DNA of 64,000 nucleotides, from NCBI RefSeq assembly GCF_964355755.1, contig NC_092672.1:1860001-1924000 (forward strand). The letters run 5' to 3'. Positions within the stretch are counted from its first letter, which is position 1, and each line of letters begins with the position of its first letter. Both the position numbers and the translations under genes were made by a program. Source of the stretch: Antedon mediterranea. Lineage: Eukaryota; Animalia; Echinodermata. The notes beneath the pieces are model-generated. The model worked only from the letters and a program-made list of their open reading frames with translations, made no database searches and was not told the origin of the DNA. Below are positions 1 to 7,751 of this stretch, piece after piece.

Positions 1-337
1 CGTCACGTCACCTTGTTGATCGTTGCATGACTACAGAACACAATCACAATCTTTATCTGCAATTAGATGTTTATTATTATTCTTCAAATAACAATAATAA
101 TTCAAATCGGTCAGTGTTTCCACATTCTAGATTCAAACAATATCAAAGCGCAACGCAAAGAAGTACGCGCAGCAAAAATAATTTGACCAATCACAAACGA
201 CAGAATGATCGGTTACTTGTGATTGTTTGAAATTAGTTGCGCTGCGTGTACGTACTTCCGGTGCGTCCTAGTTTCGAAGCAAGATTTACATTGATTGCTC
301 TTGTGGAGTGTGCTGCCAATGGAATTCACTAGATATG

Positions 338-358
338 TTAGTATTTATCAAGGCCATA
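338..358 (-). pseudogene. Detached last codons of the carboxypeptidase (YGLDKY*)
   Basis: Removing the element plus one TSD gives GGG AGA TAT GGC CTT GAT AAA TAC TAA, in frame with exon 9. Confidence 0.85.
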
Positions 359-362
359 TCTC

Positions 363-682
363 TAAAGAGACTGTTTATGTTTACTTATTAACCTAGGAGG
401 ACAATTAAGTCTCTTCGGTGTAACTACACACTCATCATTTGTACTCACCTAATCCTTTCTAGGCTGGTACGTGATGGGTATAGTTTGTGTCCTTCTTTGG
501 TTGTGTCTTCGCTTCAAGAGAGAGAGTTTTGCCTCTCGCACATTCAACGCCTGGGGCTGGTCGTGACGTATCTCGCCACTGGCCAGTCCCAGGGCCGGAT
601 TCGGGGGTTGAGTGCGCGTAGGCCCGGCGATTGGCTGTGACGTATAGATGACGTAACCACTAGCCAATCGCCAGGCACTACA
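363..682 (-). repeat. 3' LTR (320 bp)
   Basis: Copy of 12335-12654; preceded on the minus strand by a purine tract and followed by the TSD GAGA. Confidence 0.96.
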
Positions 683-720
683 ATCCTCCTCGTTTTATTT
701 TCTTTGTTTCCTGCCCCCCT
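683..720 (-). other. Polypurine tract
   Basis: Purine-rich ...GGGCAGGAAACAAAGAAAATAAAACGAGGAGGAT directly abuts the TG of the 3' LTR. Confidence 0.8.
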
Positions 721-797
721 GACTATTCTCTGACTGGTCTTCCCAAGGGAGACAGGCGCATTTTAGTTCACCGTCAGTGTCTGACATTGCTGTTCAA

Positions 798-990
798 TTT
801 GATATTGGATTTCAAGTTCATTTGAAAGTTCATTTGATTTCAAGTTCATTTGAAAGTTCTTTTGATTTCCAGTTCCTTTTAAAGTTCATTTGATTTCAAG
901 TTCATTTGAAAGTTCCTTTGATTTCCAGTTCCTTTTAAAGTTCATTTGATAGTTCCTTTGAAGGTGCACTTTGATTTTAAGTTCATTTTC
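798..990. repeat. Degenerate short-period tandem repeat (AAGTTC(A/C)TTTGA-type units) in the element 3' UTR
   Basis: About a dozen aagttc/cagttc units spaced 13-15 nt apart. Confidence 0.8.
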
Positions 991-1021
991 CATGGTGGGT
1001 CCTCCACTCCTTCCTCTTCTT

Positions 1022-1062
<41 letters not shown>

Positions 1063-1865
1063 GTAACACAACGGGGGGCACAGCCCCAACAAGAACAGGA
1101 TTTGAACAACTGAACACCAGAACGTCAAGGTGGGGGAATTACCCCAACAATTACAATTTGAACATATGAAAGCCAACAGGGGACTAAAGAGTCCCGAATA
1201 AAAAAATGTTGCCATAACAATCGAACAGTGGGCAATACATACGAACAATTGAAAAAAGAAATAAAGAAACAAGAAAATCAAATCCCTTCAAGCCATGTGG
1301 CATAGGGTATCCATCGGGTTGCTGACCGGCACCGCGTTCCAGGGAACACTGGTACCTGACAGCCCCCCGGAAGAGAACAAATCTGAGGAACACCGTTCTA
1401 GGGGTACAGAATTACAGATTTGAGAAAAGAAGGCACAAGCCTATGGGGATTGGCAAAAATTTAGCACACAACAGTAAAATTTTGTTCTGGAATTCCAGTA
1501 TATAGGGCTGACTGTTTGTGTGTATACAAAATATTTTAATTATGAGGGAAATTGTCAAAAAGAGACCGCACTGCCAATCGTAATTGAAACAAGGGACTTA
1601 CGGTCCCAGCTAAATAAGTAGAGGACATGTTGGACCTCAAATTTTGGGGTGGGAAGAGGATTTGCTCTTCGCCAATTTTTGGGCGTGCGGTGACTAAGGA
1701 CAGACAATTGTCCTGGGGTACAACAATGTTATACGCAAGTACACCAAGAAGGGGTGTACTGTATTCAAGTGATTAGAACGGTGTGGTATAGTAATAATCG
1801 TTTTGAAGAATTGAGTCCTGTTAAAGAATTGAGTTCTTTTACTTTTTTTTTTTTTTTTCTTTATT

Positions 1866-1909
<44 letters not shown>

Positions 1910-1945
1910 TATATATCCAAACCAACGGCTCCCGTGGCGTGATCC

Positions 1946-3727
1946 TTAGCTGCCCCATTCTTGCTCCAAGGTCAGCCCGTCCAGGAACACCTGCAGCATT
2001 CGGACCGCCGCTTCCCTGGTCTTTTTGTGGGCTGAGCGTCTGAGACAATCCGCCAGCCGCTGGTTTGCCTTGTAGGCCTCTTGGAGGAGACGTCTGTCTT
2101 CAGGCGTCGGTTCGGGGTGCGCCCCAAGGGCTTCACTCCGACCAGCCTGTGCCAACACTGGTGGTTGTTTGATGGAGACGGCTACCTTCTCGACAACTGC
2201 TGGTGCTGTCTCTTCTCTAGGTTGGGCTGGCCTTGATCTGGATGCCTCCCTTCTCCTGTTGATACTTGGAGGCGGTTTGGCTCTGCGAGACGCCCCACGG
2301 TGAGGAGTGAATCGATCCAAGAGATCGACCATCCCCCCCGGGTTCGCCTCCCAAGCCTCGGCCAGGAGCTCCAATAAACAATGTGGGTATAGCAGCGCCA
2401 GTGGACACTGCAGGTTGGTGATATCTACCCACGTTGCTGGCTCTTTGCATCCCACTGCCCGAGCGGTCAACCGCAGGATGGTCATCCACTTGTTGGACAG
2501 ATCGTGGGAACCTCGCGATGGCAGTTTCTGGCGGCACAGCGTCACTGCTCCCTCCAAAGTCGAAGCCTGCCTGGGTAACAGGGAGACCACTCCTTTGACG
2601 AACTCCCAGCGACGGCGGTGAGTTCTAGCGTCGTCCCTGATGTTTGCGGTTCCTATAAATCGGGGGGCGTGCACTAACAGGTGGTCTTTTGATGTGCCCT
2701 GTTGCACGGTACACGCCTTGATGGGGCAAGGGTAGCTCGTCCGCCGCAGTTTTGGTGGTGATGGACTATGTCTCCTTTCGGCGGTCGTGTGGCTAGCCTC
2801 TGTGGCCCCCGTGGGCGCCACTTGGCGTTCCACTTGAGCCCCAGAGGCATGACCACCTTGTGCGCGTCCTTGACTGGACTCGTCTCGGCGGTGACTTGTC
2901 CAACTGTCATCTGGCCGGAAGGCGCGCTTGCCTGGTTTCCTCGATTCTCGAGGTTCCACTTCTTTCTGGTGATCGGTGGACTTCTTGTATCGTATGTCCG
3001 TTGCTCCAAAGATCGGGTCCTCTGCCTGGGCCATCTTCTTCCCGACCAGGTCCCCGACGGACAGGGTACCGAGGTCTGGGCCCTCCAACCGGCAAGTTAT
3101 TCGGTCTGGTCCGATCGTTTGGATCACCCGACCTGCCACGACGCCCCTAGTCAGATCCTGAGCCAGGAGGCGAGCGGTGCAGTCGAGTGGCTGGCGAGGC
3201 GGCAACCCCGCAATATCGATGTTGGCTTCGAACTCGGTGCCATTCTGAAGCCTCACAATAGCATCGAACGAGCCCCTTGTTGATATCCGGTTAGTTCTCT
3301 TCAGGCGCACCTGCTGCCCAACACTGACCCGCGGTTCAGTATTTGGCCGCAACAGGAGCGGCGATGCTGGCCTCTCTGGTGAGGTGGAAACATTTTCCGC
3401 TGGCTGGCGCCTCCCTCCTTCTAGGAGTAGAGGAGACGTCGCTGGCGTTCTTCTTTGTGCTGGTGGCTCTGCTCGGTTGTTGTCCTCTGCCCCTGGGGAT
3501 AAAAGGAGTGCGGCCACGGCAGATATGTTTGTCGGCGGCGGGCCCTCTCCTTGCCCAGCGGGCAAGGGGCCGGACCCGTCCCGAGGTGGAGCTTCTTCTC
3601 CTCCGGAGGGTAGCGGAGTGGTCGCCCTCTCGGAGGCCCGGGCAGGGGCAGGCAAAGAAGGGAACTCCCTCTCCACTAGCTCTGCCCAGTCCATTGGCGT
3701 CACAGCTTCTGAGTAACTCTTTTCCAT
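1946..3727 (-). CDS. Retrotransposon ORF3, unknown function, not env-like
   Basis: ORF of about 600 codons between pol and the 3' LTR (track 1946..3769). The likely start is ATG 3727, after a splice acceptor at 3737-3735. No signal peptide or TM helix seen; has a CX4CX9HX3H motif. Confidence 0.8.
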   Translation of the reverse strand: MEKSYSEAVTPMDWAELVEREFPSLPAPARASERATTPLPSGGEEAPPRDGSGPLPAGQGEGPPPTNISAVAALLLSPGAEDNNRAEPPAQRRTPATSPLLLEGGRRQPAENVSTSPERPASPLLLRPNTEPRVSVGQQVRLKRTNRISTRGSFDAIVRLQNGTEFEANIDIAGLPPRQPLDCTARLLAQDLTRGVVAGRVIQTIGPDRITCRLEGPDLGTLSVGDLVGKKMAQAEDPIFGATDIRYKKSTDHQKEVEPRESRKPGKRAFRPDDSWTSHRRDESSQGRAQGGHASGAQVERQVAPTGATEASHTTAERRHSPSPPKLRRTSYPCPIKACTVQQGTSKDHLLVHAPRFIGTANIRDDARTHRRRWEFVKGVVSLLPRQASTLEGAVTLCRQKLPSRGSHDLSNKWMTILRLTARAVGCKEPATWVDITNLQCPLALLYPHCLLELLAEAWEANPGGMVDLLDRFTPHRGASRRAKPPPSINRRREASRSRPAQPREETAPAVVEKVAVSIKQPPVLAQAGRSEALGAHPEPTPEDRRLLQEAYKANQRLADCLRRSAHKKTREAAVRMLQVFLDGLTLEQEWGS

Positions 3728-3824
3728 ATTTGATCTGAAAGACATAATGAAAAGCACCTTTCCAATCATGGTGAATGTGAATTACAGTGTTAGTCAGCCC
3801 GGGGTGAGACGTTTGAATGCGGAT

Positions 3825-6800
3825 CTACTCGGCACACTTGGTACATTTAAATCGATCGATATCGATAGCTTCCGCTGGAGTAATGTTGACGCATGCTCCA
3901 TGGTACCATTCACCGCACAGATCGCACTCGATCATAAAACGCCCCTCCCATGGCTTCCTACAAGTACAGTAAATGCCGTCATCTTCGGCATCCCCGTCGG
4001 GGTCGGAATTCGTCAGATCAAGGTTGGTGATCCAATTTGGCAAATCCCGATCCCGGCAGAGCTTCAGTTTATCGTGGTGGATTACAAATATTTTATTGCG
4101 GAGACGTACGCGGAAGGCGTACGGGGCCAGCACCTCAGTGACTACCCCCGGACCCTTCCATGGCGCATTCAATTTCTTGTTTTTTCCCTTTATTTTGGTC
4201 TGGTCGAACACATAGACTTTGTCCCCAACTGCGTATGTACGCTCTAGTAGCTTAAGGTCGTATTGATACTTATTGCGCTTTTGCATTGATTTTAGATGTG
4301 TTCTTGCAATATCGTGCGCTAACTTCATATTTTCTACTAGGCCAGTGGTGTATGAATACGGATCAGTAATTGTTGTGCCCCCTGAAGAGCCGAACATGAG
4401 GTCGGGTGGTGTCGATACCTCCCTGCCCAGCATCATCAGGTTTGGTGTAGATTGGGTACTTCGGCATACCGTGGCCCTAATTGCACTCGTTATCTGGGGC
4501 AGATATTTATCCCAGTCCTTTTGTTGTTTTCCCACAAAACACCGGACCGCATTCATCACAGTCAGATTGTAACGTTCTACCTGACCGTTAGCTGAAGGAC
4601 GGTACGGCGTGGTGTGGGTCTTATTAATGAGGAGAATCTTGCAGAGCTCCCCGAAGAGATCGCTCTCAAAATTCGGACCCTGGTCCGAGTGCAATTGCAG
4701 CGGCATACCAAATCTGGAGAAGAATTCCCTTACCAGTACCTCGGCAGTCAATTGTGCAGTCTGCCGGGGTACCGGGTAGGCCTCTACCCATTTTGTAAAT
4801 TGATCCACTACCATCAATACATACAGATTCCCACTACTGGACTGAGGAAATGGTCCTGCAAAGTCTATGTGAACCCTTTCCATTGGGGCTCCCGAGTGGT
4901 AATTAATCTGTTCCGAGCGGCCTTTCTTATTCCCCCTCTTGTGGCTGTTACATATGGGACAGCCTATGACATATCTTTCGATATCCCCGGCCATCCCAAA
5001 CCAGTAGTATCGTTGTTTAAGACGGAGCTTAGTCCGTTTGATACCTTGGTGGGCGGCCGATGGGAGATCATGATAAGCTTGCATTGTTGTTTTAATCAAT
5101 GACTTCGGAAGAACAAGAAGGTCCTCCTCCCCCTGTTTATCTTGAATGAATAACACCCCGTCTCGCAAGCACATCCTTTCCTTACTCAACCAATAATGTT
5201 TTGTTGCCGGGCTAGTAGCGAAAAGCTCATTTGCCGAAGGCAGCGCGTCACCCTTAAACCAGAGTAACACGGGCCCCAGCTCCTGGTCTTTCCCCTGAGC
5301 CTCTTGGATTTCCTGGGTAGAGAAACCCCAATGAGATTGCTCCGCCCTATCCGTGGTTAGTTGATGAACATGTTGGGAGGGCAGGAAAGGCTGCGAGATA
5401 GGTTGATTTTGATGTGTGTGCACACCCGTCAGCGGAATGACGTCATCAACCTGGTCGATGAACGCCCCCCATTGCTGGTGCGCACGTACACAGTACTTAC
5501 ACCCCTTGCAAGGTAAATCAGATAATTTCACCCCATGTTTGTAATGATTAGCCATTTCAGGTGCCCGTGACAATGCATCGGCATTGACATGTTTTTTACC
5601 AGGGCGGTGTTCTACTATCATTACATACTGGCTAAGTTCTTCTATCCAGCGGGCCAGTTGCCCCTGGGGTTCCTTGAACCTCAGAAGCCAAGTCAGGCTA
5701 CTGTGGTCGGTGCGAACCTTAAATGGTTTACCCAGCAAGTAGTGTCTAAATTGACGTGTGAATTTCACAATCGCCAACAGTTCTTTACGGGTGGTACAGT
5801 AGCGTTGCTGCTCTGATGTTAATGCTAAACTAGCATAAGCAATCACACGCTCCTGACCCCCTTGTAATTGGGACAATTCACCTCCGATTGCCTGATCTGA
5901 TGCATCGGTATCAAGGACGAACATGTCATCAGGATTCGGAAGTGACAAAACTGGTGGTTGTGTCAACTTAGATTTAATTGAGTGAAATGCATCTATTTGA
6001 GGTTTGTCCCATCGGAACTCCCCCTTCTTTGCAACTGCATAAAGAGGTCTTGTTAATTCGGCAAAGTGGGGAATGAATGCCCTATGGTAATTTGCTAGGC
6101 CAAGGAAGCGTTGAGCCTCCTTGTAGTTCTTAAGATCAGGCCACCCACACACTGCCGCGATATCGGTATCGGACATCTCGAGAGTGTTGCGGGAGACCAT
6201 ACGGCCCAGAAATTCCACTTTCCTCTGGAAAAATAGACATTTCTTTGGTTTTAGTTTCAGATTATATTGTCGGAACCGACCTAGGGCCTCCCTTAAGTTA
6301 TTGCTGTGGTCTTCAAATGATTTGCCCAGGATAACCACGTCGTCGAGGAAAGCCAGAGCAGTCTGCCAATTTAGACCACGCAAAACCATATTGATGACCC
6401 TAGAGAAGGTTGCCGGACTATTACACAGGCCAAAGGGCATTTTTACAAACTCGAACAGGCCATATTTGGTGACGAAAGCGGTCTTTTTGCGATCGTCGGC
6501 ATTGAGGTTTATTTGCCAATAACCAGAAATGGCGTCCAATTTAGAGAACCATTGATTACCCGACAATGTGTCGAGGCAATCCTCTAAAATTGGTAATGGA
6601 TATACATCCTTTACCGTGATGTTATTTAAAGCCCTATAGTCTATGCAAAATCTGACGTTTCCATCCCTTTTCCGGACTAGGACTGGGGCGGAGGACCATT
6701 CAGAATTGGACGGCTGAATGATACCCCCCTCCAGCATCTTATCCAGTTCTTTGCGTTCTTCATCGGCAAAGTGTAACGGGGTACGGCGAAGTCGGTGTCT

Positions 6801-7751
6801 CACTGGAGCTGCATCAGACGTATCTACCCGGTGATCAATATTAGGGACCTCCCCAATATCGAATTGATCCCTGGCAAACACATCTGCGAACTCAGTAAGC
6901 ATCTCCTTCACCACCCCTGCCTGATCTTCCGATAAATTGGTAATAGAATTTTCATAAGTTGTACGCATATGATGTGGCAATGCGTGTGTGGCCGGAGAGG
7001 TTTCCCCCGGATGGGTGAAAACTTCCCCAGCTACACAGGATTCTATTTCAGATGCAAACCCAATTTCTAAACCTGCTTTGACAGTTACGTATTTGTTGGT
7101 TGTATTGACCATGCAGATCACAGGCGATTCACCTGCGGTGTGCACAGTTCTAGGAATTGTTAGGTTATTGTGGCCATGAGGTTCTACAATGTAGTCATGC
7201 AATTTGGTATCTAACTGACATGAAACATAGGCTATTGATGTAGGTGGTATCACACGCCGCTTGCATGTGATTACTCTGCAGCTAGAGGGCGTTGAGGGCG
7301 CCATACCATTTTGTATTAATGGGACAGCAACCCCACCGACCTTTAACAGCATTTCGCCTATGTTTACATCTGCGTTTGTGCCCCTCATGAAATCTAAACC
7401 CAATAGCATTTCGTCTTCAATCGGTGCAACATAGACATAAGTGGGATAGATGTTTGGCCCAATTTCGAGTTGCACCGGACCTATTTTTCGCCCTTCCATC
7501 GAACTACCCTTACCCGCCATGAATAATTTAATAGTACCCACTGTGGGCGGAGTAGGGGTAATTGAATGGTATAAGCTATCAGATATAATAGATACAGTCG
7601 CTCCACAGTCGACCACAGCGTCAACTTTAACGGATGCGACCGTAACTTTAGTGTAGAGTAATGAATTAGATTTCACTCGCTGTACAATAAGTGATTCAGT
7701 TGGGTCGCACTCTGGAGTGAACAATTTGGAGTCGACCCCTAGTCGTTTAAA
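3825..7751 (-). CDS. pol: Pol (protease, RT, RNase H, integrase, PHD finger), expressed as Gag-Pol by -1 frameshift
   Basis: VVDCGA protease; RFCIDYR, MPFGL and FLDD RT motifs; TDASD..ELLA..TDH..NADALSR RNase H; H-x6-H..CPIC zinc domain; HIDF/SDQG/VERYN DDE triad; WKGP motif; terminal C4HC3. The frame is open from the slippery site at 7751. Confidence 0.96.
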   Translation of the reverse strand, partial: FKRLGVDSKLFTPECDPTESLIVQRVKSNSLLYTKVTVASVKVDAVVDCGATVSIISDSLYHSITPTPPTVGTIKLFMAGKGSSMEGRKIGPVQLEIGPNIYPTYVYVAPIEDEMLLGLDFMRGTNADVNIGEMLLKVGGVAVPLIQNGMAPSTPSSCRVITCKRRVIPPTSIAYVSCQLDTKLHDYIVEPHGHNNLTIPRTVHTAGESPVICMVNTTNKYVTVKAGLEIGFASEIESCVAGEVFTHPGETSPATHALPHHMRTTYENSITNLSEDQAGVVKEMLTEFADVFARDQFDIGEVPNIDHRVDTSDAAPVRHRLRRTPLHFADEERKELDKMLEGGIIQPSNSEWSSAPVLVRKRDGNVRFCIDYRALNNITVKDVYPLPILEDCLDTLSGNQWFSKLDAISGYWQINLNADDRKKTAFVTKYGLFEFVKMPFGLCNSPATFSRVINMVLRGLNWQTALAFLDDVVILGKSFEDHSNNLREALGRFRQYNLKLKPKKCLFFQRKVEFLGRMVSRNTLEMSDTDIAAVCGWPDLKNYKEAQRFLGLANYHRAFIPHFAELTRPLYAVAKKGEFRWDKPQIDAFHSIKSKLTQPPVLSLPNPDDMFVLDTDASDQAIGGELSQLQGGQERVIAYASLALTSEQQRYCTTRKELLAIVKFTRQFRHYLLGKPFKVRTDHSSLTWLLRFKEPQGQLARWIEELSQYVMIVEHRPGKKHVNADALSRAPEMANHYKHGVKLSDLPCKGCKYCVRAHQQWGAFIDQVDDVIPLTGVHTHQNQPISQPFLPSQHVHQLTTDRAEQSHWGFSTQEIQEAQGKDQELGPVLLWFKGDALPSANELFATSPATKHYWLSKERMCLRDGVLFIQDKQGEEDLLVLPKSLIKTTMQAYHDLPSAAHQGIKRTKLRLKQRYYWFGMAGDIERYVIGCPICNSHKRGNKKGRSEQINYHSGAPMERVHIDFAGPFPQSSSGNLYVLMVVDQFTKWVEAYPVPRQTAQLTAEVLVREFFSRFGMPLQLHSDQGPNFESDLFGELCKILLINKTHTTPYRPSANGQVERYNLTVMNAVRCFVGKQQKDWDKYLPQITSAIRATVCRSTQSTPNLMMLGREVSTPPDLMFGSSGGTTITDPYSYTTGLVENMKLAHDIARTHLKSMQKRNKYQYDLKLLERTYAVGDKVYVFDQTKIKGKNKKLNAPWKGPGVVTEVLAPYAFRVRLRNKIFVIHHDKLKLCRDRDLPNWITNLDLTNSDPDGDAEDDGIYCTCRKPWEGRFMIECDLCGEWYHGACVNITPAEAIDIDRFKCTKCAE
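7702..7751 (-). promoter_or_regulatory. -1 programmed ribosomal frameshift signal (U UUA AAC plus downstream hairpin)
   Basis: TTTAAAC at 7751-7745 in the gag frame just before the TAG; pol is in the -1 frame; 6 nt downstream GGGTCG-ACTC...GAGT-G-CGACCC can form a stem (7738-7702). Confidence 0.88.

Noticed and set aside
886-1281. 131-aa ORF as a fourth element gene
   Set aside because: Non-ATG start; built from a poly-A tract and the tandem repeat.
1379-1420. Hammerhead-like CTGAGGA in the element 3' UTR
   Set aside because: No GAAA core with the required stems, and it is antisense to the element.
1946-3769. ORF3 as envelope protein
   Set aside because: No signal peptide, no hydrophobic TM anchor and no Cys-rich ectodomain.
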